DNA of 64,000 nucleotides, taken from IMG/VR virus record IMGVR_UViG_3300009082_000016, positions 1 to 64,000 of that record; one strand, given 5' to 3'. The notes beneath the pieces were generated by a model. It saw only the letters and a list, made by a program, of their open reading frames with translations, was not told where the DNA came from and did no database searches. A program made the position numbers and the translations under genes. Of the stretch, positions 52,726-62,700 are shown piece by piece (within the stretch, counting starts at the first letter, position 1; each line of letters opens with the position of its first letter). The stretch is from a virus.

Positions 52726-55703
52726 AAAGGGCTTCCGCCGCCCTGTTGCATCGCCATCTCCTGCATCGCCTGCTGCTCGAGCTGGCGACGGCGGCGATTG
52801 CGGGCACGCTGCGCGAGCGCGTAGCCGGTGACACCACCGGCGACGCCGCCGAGCGCGGACATCTCCGGCATCGGGGTCGCGCCGTAGAGCTTCTGCAGGA
52901 GCGGCAGGGCCGCGGCGCCGGCGAGGGCGCCCCCGCCCGCGGTCAGCATCGGGTGACGCTCGGCGAACCCCATCTGCTCCTGGGCCCGCTTGAGGAAGGC
53001 ACCGTGCTTCGCCTTCCCCCGCGCCCGCTGGTAGGACTGCGACACCGCCGACGTTCCGAGCATCCCGCCGAGACCGCCGGCGAGGCCGGACGCGGCACCC
53101 GTGAACACAGGGTGACGACCGGCGAAGGAGAGGTGCTTGCGGATCTTCTCCTTCTCCTTCTCCGTCATCCCTTCCTCGAGCGAGTGACGCAGGACCGAGC
53201 CCGCCGCTCCACCGCCGATGGGGCCTCCCGCCCAGCCGCCGAGGAATCCGGTGGCCATCGGATGCCGCTCGACCCAGCCCGCCTCCCGGGCCTGCTTCTC
53301 GCGCGTGAAGTCGGCGAACGAGCCCTGCTTGTAGTAGGACTCCGGCGACTTCTTGCCGAACAGCGCCTTCGCGCCCCAGAGACCCGCCAACGCGCCACCG
53401 CCGATCAGGCCGGCGCGAGGAAGGGCCTTCATGAGGGGCTCACCGACGCTCTTGCCCACGAGACGGGGCCGCCTGGCGATGTACCCCGGGGTCTTCTTGA
53501 TCTCCGCGTCGATCGCGGCGCGAGCCGCATCGCGGGCCTGCTGGTCCACGATTTTCGCAGGCATCCCACGAGCGTCGCGCATCGCACCCGTCGGCAGGGC
53601 CTCACGCTCCGCCCACAGGTTCTGCAGTCGCTCCAGCTCACGGGCCTCCAGTCCCCTCTGGGCCTTCCGCCCGACGTGCGCCCCCACGCCCAGGGCCGCC
53701 GCACCGGGGAGGATGCCGATCTCGCGGTCCCGGATCTCCCTCAGGGAGTTCGGCGCCGGAGTGCCGTACTGCGCGTACTTGTACTTCGCCTCCTGGAACG
53801 ACCGCTCCTGCAGGTTGCCCAGGATGGACTCGAAGTCCTCGAGTCCGGCCGTACGCGTGGTCGGGGAGGGGCCGATGCTTCCGCGGGTCGCGTCTCCGGT
53901 GCTGGGGCTGGCGAACGTGGTCGGCTGGCCCGTGACACCGGCGCTCGAACCACCACCCATCGTCATGGGGACGGAGGTGGCTCCACCGCCGGCCGCGCTG
54001 GCAACACCACCGCTGGGCGAACCGACGGCGACCTTCGTGAGCATCGCCCGCTTCTCCGCCATCTGCGGATCGAACGCCGCCATGCGCCGCATGCCGGGCG
54101 CGTACGGGTCCATGCCGCGAGAGATCGGCGACGGGTGCCCACCACCCATCCGGCTGTGACTGAGCTCGTGGCCCAGCACGCCCGAATCCCCACCGCGGGA
54201 GATCGACGCCGGGCCACCGCCGCGCATCCGGCGGTAGATCTCGCCCGCGCCGAGGCCGAGGCCGCCACCGGCCGCCGCGCCGCCCGCGATCGCCAACCCG
54301 CGGCGCTTCTTGTCCTTCATGCCCCGCGTCGCCAGCGCCGTACCGGCGCCGCCGGCCACCGCGCCGCCGAGACCGCCGATGACCCGCGGGTCGGAGAAGA
54401 ACGAACCGATGTCGCTGCTGCTGAGCGCCTGCTTCTTCATGGTCATCCTCGCCTGCTTCTGGAACGACGCCTGGACCTTCATGCCGCCACCACCGGGGAC
54501 GGCAGCCTTGGCCACTTCCGTGGGGGCCGGAGCGGCCGGAGGCGGAGCGGCAGCCACCTGCGGGGCAGCCGCAGGCCCGGCGGCCGCAGGAGCCGGGACG
54601 GGCGCAGCAGCCGGGCCCATCACCATCGACTCGTAGTTCGGGGCCCCCTCCGCGTTCAGCGCGAGCATCTGCTGCAACGCCGGCGTGCCGAGCTGCTGAC
54701 CACCCTGCTGGAGGGCCTGCGCGGCCGCCTGCGGACCGAACAGGGCCGTCATCTCCTGGAGGGCGGCCTGGGACGGCCCACCTTGAGCCGCGGCGTTCGC
54801 GGTCTCGGGCCCCATCATTGCCTGCAGGCCCGCCGCACGGCGCACGGCCTCCAGGGACTGGGTCTCGTCCGTCAGCCCGGCCGCCGGAGCTTCTCCCCTG
54901 GCCACAGGGCCGCCGAAGCCGCCCTGATCGAACCGGCTGGGCATGTCCATGGGCGAACCGCTGGCGTAGCCGCCGCCCATGCCCTGGATGGCGGCCGCCA
55001 GGCCCGGGTCCATGCCCGTCGGGGCCTGCGGCGCGTTCATCGCGCCCATCAGGCCCTCGAGCTGGCCCCGCTTCTCCCGCGGGATGCCCAGGATTTCCTC
55101 CACCACCGAACGGGCCTGCGCTTCCTTGACCGCCCGCGGGGAGAACTCCCCGAGCTTCTGCTTCCTGAGGTTCCGGGGAGCCGTCGGGTTCTGTCCGGTT
55201 CGTTCCACGTGGTGCTCCTTGAGGCCGGGAAAGCGTGCATAGACCTTCGAGCGTACCGTGGCCCGCTCCGCAGGCGTACCGTGCTGCGACACCCTGGCCA
55301 AGGCGTTGCGGGCATGCGGTGCGTCGTGGATCGGGTACTTCTCCTGCTTGGGAAGCGCGAAGTTCTTCGGCTTGATCTTCTCCCGACCGGCAGCCGTCAG
55401 GTTTGCAGCTTCCTTCTGCATGGCTCCGAGCGTACCACGGGTCAGCGCGTCCTGGGAAGCCCGCCACAGGTCGTAGTTCAGGGAGCCGGTCTTGAGCGAC
55501 TTGTACTCGCTCTTCGGCTTGTCGAACTTCGCCTTCGCCTCGCGCTTCCCCTGGGGGGTGCCGAAGCCCTTGGGCGCCTGCCCCTTGGCGTGCGCCTGCT
55601 GCGTGGCGACGGCAAAAGCGACCGACTTCGCCTTCTTCGGTGGGTACGTCTCCTTCATCGAGGGAAGGAGGTGCATAGCCCGGTCGTGAATGGCCTTCGG
55701 CAC
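52716..55703 (-). CDS. 995-aa Cys-free modular putative internal/ejection protein (DUF6582-like domain, glycine zippers, RHP repeats)
   Basis: AGGAG SD plus GTG 55703; FALPKQEKYPIHDAPHARNALARV; many K-x-A motifs. Confidence 0.8.
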   Translation of the reverse strand: MPKAIHDRAMHLLPSMKETYPPKKAKSVAFAVATQQAHAKGQAPKGFGTPQGKREAKAKFDKPKSEYKSLKTGSLNYDLWRASQDALTRGTLGAMQKEAANLTAAGREKIKPKNFALPKQEKYPIHDAPHARNALARVSQHGTPAERATVRSKVYARFPGLKEHHVERTGQNPTAPRNLRKQKLGEFSPRAVKEAQARSVVEEILGIPREKRGQLEGLMGAMNAPQAPTGMDPGLAAAIQGMGGGYASGSPMDMPSRFDQGGFGGPVARGEAPAAGLTDETQSLEAVRRAAGLQAMMGPETANAAAQGGPSQAALQEMTALFGPQAAAQALQQGGQQLGTPALQQMLALNAEGAPNYESMVMGPAAAPVPAPAAAGPAAAPQVAAAPPPAAPAPTEVAKAAVPGGGGMKVQASFQKQARMTMKKQALSSSDIGSFFSDPRVIGGLGGAVAGGAGTALATRGMKDKKRRGLAIAGGAAAGGGLGLGAGEIYRRMRGGGPASISRGGDSGVLGHELSHSRMGGGHPSPISRGMDPYAPGMRRMAAFDPQMAEKRAMLTKVAVGSPSGGVASAAGGGATSVPMTMGGGSSAGVTGQPTTFASPSTGDATRGSIGPSPTTRTAGLEDFESILGNLQERSFQEAKYKYAQYGTPAPNSLREIRDREIGILPGAAALGVGAHVGRKAQRGLEARELERLQNLWAEREALPTGAMRDARGMPAKIVDQQARDAARAAIDAEIKKTPGYIARRPRLVGKSVGEPLMKALPRAGLIGGGALAGLWGAKALFGKKSPESYYKQGSFADFTREKQAREAGWVERHPMATGFLGGWAGGPIGGGAAGSVLRHSLEEGMTEKEKEKIRKHLSFAGRHPVFTGAASGLAGGLGGMLGTSAVSQSYQRARGKAKHGAFLKRAQEQMGFAERHPMLTAGGGALAGAAALPLLQKLYGATPMPEMSALGGVAGGVTGYALAQRARNRRRRQLEQQAMQEMAMQQGGGSPFGG

Positions 55704-55711
55704 GGCTTCTC

Positions 55712-58700
55712 CTACGCCGGCGGACGAATGTTGGTCATCGTGTACTTGATGCGGATGCCGTACAAGTACTCTTCGGTCGGTTGCCCGCCAGCCTGATTCT
55801 TCGCGGAGCGCACGCGCACGTAGTACTGGCTCCGCGTCTCGGAAGCCACAACGTGAGCGCACGCACCGACGAACGTCTGGAAGTTGGTAAGCGCGGGAAC
55901 GCCGACGCTGACCAAGGCCTCGACGATGGGCGGGTCCGCGAGCGGAACGGAGGGGTGGTAGGGGGACGGACCCGGGTGCGTCTGCCATCCATCCGGCGCC
56001 GCGCCAACCGGGCGGGCGATGAGCTGGGCCCTAGCCTGGGCGCTGAACGCACCGTCCGCCGGAACACCAGTGATGGAGGCGTACTGCAACTCCAGTTCCG
56101 TGACGATCGCGCCCTCCGGCAGATGGACCGGGAAGATGATCTGCTGATCCTCGTGCTCGTCGGCGGAATACCCGGCGTTGAACGTGATCGACCAGTACGT
56201 GGCGGGGGAAGGGTACTGCGGGTTGCGGTAGAAGAACTTGTACACCCAGTCGTTCGTCGCCGCGTCGTTGGGCTCCGGCAGGATGCCATCCGCCAGGTTG
56301 ACGTGGTGGTACAAGGTCCTGGCCGTAGGGGAGAACCGGTGGTCCAGCCCGTCCACGTTTCCGACGGGGGCTCTGACGTCACCCGCCGTCGCCTCGATGT
56401 CCCCGGTGTCGGCGATGATGTCGCCACCCGTCGAGGTGATGTCGGTGGCCACCTCGACCTCGCCCATCTTCATCAGGCCGTCAGCAAACGCCTCGATGAC
56501 CTCGTTGTAGTAGCCACCCGACGCCCACGCCCGGACCGACAGCACCTTGTCCGGCCCGACGGGCACGCCACCGATGTCCGGAAGCAGACCCGTCCAGTCC
56601 CGGCCGTACACGGAGAGGCCCGGCAGCTGGCTGTAGCCCAACGAGAGCGGGAACGGCGGCCCGGCGACGGGCTCGGGAACGTGCAAGCGCAAGCCGTCCC
56701 CGATCCGCACCGGGGTACCGGCGTCAACAGACACCATGTTGCCGGCCTGGTGCAGCCGGGGCCGGAGAATGCGGCAGGTTCCCCCGGGCACGAGATCCGC
56801 ACCCGACTGGTCGCCGTCGATGCGGATCAGCTGGGCCGTGACATTGTCGATGAAGTGGTGGATCGTCCAAAGCGACGTGGTCTTGGTCACCGCGTTGGTG
56901 AACTCGACCAGGTCGTGGCGAAGGAAGAGATCGGTGTCAGGAAGATTCCCCCACCGCTTCCCGCCACCAAGTACCAGCAGGGGCGGGACAGCGGCCGTAC
57001 AGGGGTTTCCGCTACTGGCCACGTCCATGATCGTCGCCCGGCTGAAACCCACAGGCTGGACGTGCAGGTAGGCGGCGAAGCCCGTCTTCGTGGCGCTCGA
57101 AGGCCCACCGTCATCGACCTCATCGTACGCGGCAACGGCACTGCTGCCACGGCGGTTGAACTCCAGATGCGCCTCCGCGTCCCACGCGCTGAAGGTGAAC
57201 AGCGGGAAGTCCAGAAGGGATGCGGCCAAGATGTGAAGGGCCGTCGGCTGCGTCAAGCCGTCGTAGCGCATGGAGAAGACGCCACGGAGAGTACCCACGG
57301 CGGTCTTCTGGTAGCCCCGCAGCAGCCAGAAAGACTCCCCGTTGATGAGCTTCAGCGGGATGCTTTCGGTCCCGCCACTCTTCGTGCCGATCAGTGTCAT
57401 CATCCCGGGGATGCTCTGGCTGGGACCCGCGATACCGGTGGTGTCCAGCACGATGGGCCGCACGAACCGGACGTACCCGTTGGCCGCGGGGAGCTCGGAG
57501 CTGGTGACCCGCCCATCGATCGTCAGCAGCGTGGCGATCTGACCGGCCGGATCGAGCGCCTGGATGAAGTAGACGCCCAGCAGGTCTCCGACCGCGCCGC
57601 CGGTCTTGTCGTAGACCTCGACCATGTCGGTCCCGATGATGATGTCGGTGTCCCCCGTGCCGGGGTTCAGCCATCGGTTTCCACCGAGCAGATCGATCTT
57701 CCCCGCCCCGCCGCCCGGCTGGAACTCGTTGTTGATCGGCAGCCGGCCGAGAACCGTGTCCCCCGTGAACTCCATGGCCATCAGATGGACGAAGCCGTAG
57801 CCCGCGTGGCGGTTCCCGGCACCGCTGTCCTCTTCGCAGGCGACGACGAAGCCGGTCTTGATGCGCGGTCCAAGGGGGAAGAGGCTCGCGCCACGGAGGT
57901 CGGCGAAGAACATCGCCCCCAGGCCGTCGTAGTCGTACGGGCTGTTGGGCCCCCCGCCGGGCGTCTGCGGCATCCGGCCGACGATGGTCGGCGTGAGATC
58001 CCGAGCTCGGCTGACCTCCTTCACGAGCTCCCGAACGGTGCCCGCGTCATCCCGGTTGCTCGCACGATCGAACGACCCGAACAGGAGACAGATGTCCGAT
58101 CCGCTGTAGTCGAACACGCGGTCGAACTCGACCTGCGGCGTCAGGGCAACCGTCGTCAGGTAGATGACGTCACCAACCTGCCAGTCCTGCGCTGCGACCA
58201 AGTCCCAGTCGGTCGTGAGAAAGTTGCCGGCGCCGGCCACGTGGTTGTTGACGACGGCGAACGCCTTCCAGAACTGGTCCCGCTGGTTCTGCGCCAGACG
58301 CGCCAGGCGAGAGTAGTTGAACAGACAGAGCTGGGCCAAGGAGACGAGGTCGGTATCCGGGCCGCCGACATCTTCCTCAGCGAGACGGCACTTCCTGCCG
58401 TCCATCCAGTCGAACTCGATCACCTTCCCGCACTTCCCGTCCGGGAAATAGCCAGGGCCGGGCAGGGCAAGCGGGTACAACGAGAGGCCGCCACTGTCCT
58501 GGACGTCGATGACGGTCACCAGCTGCAGGTCGTTGTCACGAAGCGGAACCCAGTTGTCGTCCCCGAACTTGATCAGGGCCGCAACATACTCCTTCGCCCC
58601 GGCCGACGCGGTCCCGGGGGGGCCAAGGTACACGAGCTGATCGTTCGACGGGCACGTCACACCCCAGGTGGCGTCGGCCAAGTTGACCTTGGAAACGGAC

Positions 58701-59023
58701 CCACCAGGGCCAAGCAGGCCGTAGACCCGCTGCATGACGTAGCGCGGACGGTCGGCCAGCGAGTCGATGGAGCTGTGCAGCGCGTAGAGCGCCCGGTTGA
58801 CCGTCTTCGACTCGACGTCCTCACCGAAACCGATGAGGGTCGTACCGGCAGGGTACGTCGTTCCGGGCGGATTCTCGGGAAACCCCTTCGCAGGAGGCTC
58901 GCCGATGTACGGGCGCCGGTTGGCATTCGGAGCGCCCTCGTAGCGGGTCACCAGGTTGTCGGTGTCTCCGGCAGGGACGTGACGATGGATGAAGCCGGGG
59001 TAGTTCTTGGTCGGAAACGTCAT
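55712..59023 (-). CDS. Large tail/tail-fibre-associated structural protein
   Basis: Beta-rich, Gly/Pro-rich, 1103 aa, downstream of baseplate genes. Confidence 0.6.
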   Translation of the reverse strand: MTFPTKNYPGFIHRHVPAGDTDNLVTRYEGAPNANRRPYIGEPPAKGFPENPPGTTYPAGTTLIGFGEDVESKTVNRALYALHSSIDSLADRPRYVMQRVYGLLGPGGSVSKVNLADATWGVTCPSNDQLVYLGPPGTASAGAKEYVAALIKFGDDNWVPLRDNDLQLVTVIDVQDSGGLSLYPLALPGPGYFPDGKCGKVIEFDWMDGRKCRLAEEDVGGPDTDLVSLAQLCLFNYSRLARLAQNQRDQFWKAFAVVNNHVAGAGNFLTTDWDLVAAQDWQVGDVIYLTTVALTPQVEFDRVFDYSGSDICLLFGSFDRASNRDDAGTVRELVKEVSRARDLTPTIVGRMPQTPGGGPNSPYDYDGLGAMFFADLRGASLFPLGPRIKTGFVVACEEDSGAGNRHAGYGFVHLMAMEFTGDTVLGRLPINNEFQPGGGAGKIDLLGGNRWLNPGTGDTDIIIGTDMVEVYDKTGGAVGDLLGVYFIQALDPAGQIATLLTIDGRVTSSELPAANGYVRFVRPIVLDTTGIAGPSQSIPGMMTLIGTKSGGTESIPLKLINGESFWLLRGYQKTAVGTLRGVFSMRYDGLTQPTALHILAASLLDFPLFTFSAWDAEAHLEFNRRGSSAVAAYDEVDDGGPSSATKTGFAAYLHVQPVGFSRATIMDVASSGNPCTAAVPPLLVLGGGKRWGNLPDTDLFLRHDLVEFTNAVTKTTSLWTIHHFIDNVTAQLIRIDGDQSGADLVPGGTCRILRPRLHQAGNMVSVDAGTPVRIGDGLRLHVPEPVAGPPFPLSLGYSQLPGLSVYGRDWTGLLPDIGGVPVGPDKVLSVRAWASGGYYNEVIEAFADGLMKMGEVEVATDITSTGGDIIADTGDIEATAGDVRAPVGNVDGLDHRFSPTARTLYHHVNLADGILPEPNDAATNDWVYKFFYRNPQYPSPATYWSITFNAGYSADEHEDQQIIFPVHLPEGAIVTELELQYASITGVPADGAFSAQARAQLIARPVGAAPDGWQTHPGPSPYHPSVPLADPPIVEALVSVGVPALTNFQTFVGACAHVVASETRSQYYVRVRSAKNQAGGQPTEEYLYGIRIKYTMTNIRPPA

Positions 59024-59033
59024 CGGCTACACC

Positions 59034-59720
59034 TCAGACCCGGTACGTCCACTGGACCTCGAGCTCGTAGTCGACCGCTTTCACCACCGGCCGGAAGTTC
59101 TCGTAGGACGAAGCCGCGATCTTCATGTCCGCCAGGGAGAGCTCCTTGAAGTTGCCGCCGCCGTCGTCGATGTACGGGTACATGGCAGCCTCGGTGATGG
59201 GCACGTCGTCCCCGCCGTAGGCGTTGTTGATCTCGCCGACCGTCCAGAGCGCCGTGTACTTGACCCAGACCTGGAATCCGGGAGCCGGCCCGACCGGCGC
59301 CGAGTAGGTCACCGACAGGATCGGCTTGGCGTAGACGCCCCCCGAAATCAGGGCCGGAACTTCGAGCCCCGTCTTCGTGACGTCGGTGTCGTCCTGCAGG
59401 AACGTGGCCAGCGGGTCGACATTGGCGATGACCCAGGCCTGATCGGCGGGAGCGGACTGCTCGCGGCCGCCACAGCCCAGGCCCATGAAGGCGATGCGGC
59501 GGTCGAACGTCGGGGGCGGGATGGGGTCTCCCGCCGCGATCGGGTAGGCACCCAGCGAGATCTGCTGGATCAGCCAGTCGCGCCCCACGTTGAGGAAGAT
59601 GTTGTGGCCCTTGTGCTGGTCGACCACGCGGCCCTTGTGCAACGTCCGAACTCGGACGTTGGCCACGATCGGGATCGTCTGCTTCAGATTCCGGCTGGGC
59701 TGGCGGCGCATCGTGGTCAT
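59034..59720 (-). CDS. Baseplate/tail-fibre attachment protein
   Basis: HNIFLNVGRDWL, FMGLGCG, ITEAAMY, LEVQWTYRV resemble tail-collar N-terminal domains. Confidence 0.6.
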   Translation of the reverse strand: MTTMRRQPSRNLKQTIPIVANVRVRTLHKGRVVDQHKGHNIFLNVGRDWLIQQISLGAYPIAAGDPIPPPTFDRRIAFMGLGCGGREQSAPADQAWVIANVDPLATFLQDDTDVTKTGLEVPALISGGVYAKPILSVTYSAPVGPAPGFQVWVKYTALWTVGEINNAYGGDDVPITEAAMYPYIDDGGGNFKELSLADMKIAASSYENFRPVVKAVDYELEVQWTYRV

Positions 59721-62700
59721 GGTACCTCACTCGTCGGTTCCGGTCCAGGGTACCCGGCCGGAGGCGGCTCGATCAACTCATCGACCAGGACACCCGGCGC
59801 TCCACCGGACATGTCCCGGAGGAAGATGTGAACATAGTCGCGCAGGTAGAACACCATGTCATCGAACCCGGCCCAGTTCGACTTCCCGCTGATGGGCTCG
59901 CAACTGATGGTGAACAGGTAGGTGTTGTCCGTCGGGAGCGGGGCGGGCAGCGTGAGGGTGATGTCGGTGGCCGTGACCACCGTGATCGGGTCCGGTGTCG
60001 CACCCACCAAGCAGAACAGGGCGCCCGGGATGATGCCGTACCGCAACGGGTCGACCAGATCCCCGATCGTCCCGTCCGGCTGGACGTGGTGAATCTCGAT
60101 CTTCGCGATGGCCGGAGGTCCAGCATCGACACGCACCGCGGCGTAGTGCTCACGCCCGTCCAGGACCGTATCGAAGTAGTTGTGGACCCCCGTCTCCGGG
60201 GGGAGGGCAGGAGTGAAGAACATCCCCCAAGGCACCATCCGGCCCGACAGCTGGTGGCGATCGAACATCGGGGCGCCCCAACGTGCGCCGGGGTAGGCCA
60301 CGAAGTGCATGATCACCTTGAGCGTCATGTGGTCGTGGATCAGCACGTCGTCCATCAGGTTCTTGAGCAAGGCGAAGAACGGGTAGTTGTAGGTGGTCCG
60401 AAAACCGATCAGCCACTCGTAGGCGGCCCGGACGGCGGCCGAGCTCCCGGACTCGATGATGTCGGCGTCCACGGCGAGCCAGAAGTGGTGGATCTTCTCC
60501 GGCTCGGTGATGATACCCGCGGCGATCAGACCGCGGATGAAGTCCGGGTCCCGGATGTAGTCCTGGTAGATGGCGGCGTTCGACACCGTGTCGAACCAGC
60601 GGACGGTGTCCCCGACCGCGTACTCCTTGCCCGTCGCGGGATTGATGTCGAGCCCGACGCTGAACGGGTAGACGTAGCCGCGGACGATCTCCGGGTGCTT
60701 CAGGTCACGGACAACGAGGTAACCCTTCTCGGCCGAGAGCACACGGGCGTCGATGATGACACCGTCCTCCTCGAAGAACGGGGCGCCGCAGATGATCGAC
60801 ATGCCGCGCTCGATGAAACCGGGCTTGCTGCCGTGGATGTAGCAGTACCACAGACCGAGCAGGGCCCGCTGGTAGCTGAAACCGGTCCGTGTCGGCGAGT
60901 CTTCGAGCTCCAGCCCCAACCCCGTACCGAACCGGGCGGAGAGGTCGGGACGCTGGTCGACGTACACGATCTCCGCCCACATCCGGGCTGCCGGGTAGGG
61001 CTTGTCCGTCACGGCCGGCGCAAACGCGCGAGTCACAGACGGGTAGCCGGCATCCTGCAACTCCGAGTTGAAGTCGAACACCAGCGCCCGCTGGCCCCAC
61101 CGGTCGGAGACGACGTAGTGCTCGTACTCCTTCCACCCCTTCCGGGCCTCGGCGTCCTCTTTCAAGACGGGGACGGACAGGTGGGTGGAGTCAATCGGAA
61201 CGTAGAACAGGCGCAGCACCGACTTGAGCAGCACCGTCCGGTCCTTGCAGAAGAAGTACGGGCTGGTCACGCCGAGCCTATAGAAGCCAGCGCCCATCAC
61301 CGTCTCCGAACCCTCCGTCCGGACGCCCGCCGAATCGGTGACCTCGACGAACACCAGATCGCCCGGAACGACCAGCTCGTCCCGGTAGTCCACCTCGGAC
61401 GACTCGAAGTACGAGGGGACGACAAAGGGGTACGAGTAGCCGATCCCCAGGTCCGGAATCTCTTCTTCCGTCGACACGTACGTGAACGGGTACGACACCC
61501 CGCCGGCGTCCGTCATGTTGGCTGCCGCGATGGTGAAGTTGGTCCCGCCGAGGTTGATGATGTCACCCTTCTTCAAGGTGAGGTCGGCGTCGTAGTTCGT
61601 CTTGTAGAAGTCCATCGGCGTGACCGGGGCCGTGACCAGGTACAACGTGTGCTCGTCGATCCGCAAAGCCTGGCCTTCCAGATGGTTCCTGCGCCCCGGC
61701 CCGAAGATGCCCGCCACCTCGATCACGTAGTTGTCGGAACGGATGGACAGGTGCCGAGTCCCGTTGAACATCTCGACCCGCGCCTTGACACCGGCGATGC
61801 CCGCCGCATCCATGGCAGCGTTGAACGAATCGGGCAGGGTCGTCACGTTCAGCGTGAGCGGCAGGGACATCCCCTCCGGGACGTCGAAGACGGTGATCAG
61901 GATGGAGACGTTGCCGGCTACCGGCAGCTCTTCCGAATAGACCGGGACGAAGCGGCGGTTCAGCAGGGCCGTGTCGGGGTTGGTCTCCTCGAGCAGCGGC
62001 TCGTAGCCGATCCAGCGGCTCATCATCACGTCCTGGCAGTTTCCCAGGGAGTAGGACAGCTGGACGTTCCACGCCTCTTGGATCATGGCGCCAAAGGCAC
62101 GGATGAAGGTGCGCCACGACGTCTCCATCCAGGTCTTGTCCGACACCGTCGTCCAGAAATCGGCGATCGAGCGCCACAGCCACGACGCGTCGACGGGCAG
62201 GCCAGTCGCCGTGTTGGCCGCCAGTACCGAAATGATGCTCACGTCGGCGTCGCTTCGGGTGGGCGGAACGACGGCGGAGTCGTAGACGTACAGTCGGACG
62301 GCGTAGACCCCTTGCACCGCGGGGACGAACGACGGGTAGGGCGACGTCGCATTGATCAGGATGGCCGATCGAATCACCATCGCGTAGTCGAACGACTCGC
62401 CGGCGAACGGCACGGCGTCCTCGACGTCGATGGTGGTCGGGCCGGGGAGACCGACGATCTTCGTCGCTCGTCCCCCGATGAGCAGTACGTCCCCCAGCGA
62501 CGTGGCCGCCGGGTCGTAGTTCATGGTGACCCGGTGCGAGTCGGCCGCGCAGACGGCGTAGGCCACCGTCGTCTCGAGGGCTGCCAGCGGTCGGTCGACT
62601 TCGAGCCGATCAAAGCCTGCGCCGAACGGCGTGCTGGTCACGTAGTACAGGCCGGCGTTCGGGCCGGCGCTGATGATCAGGTGGTCACCTACCACAGGCC

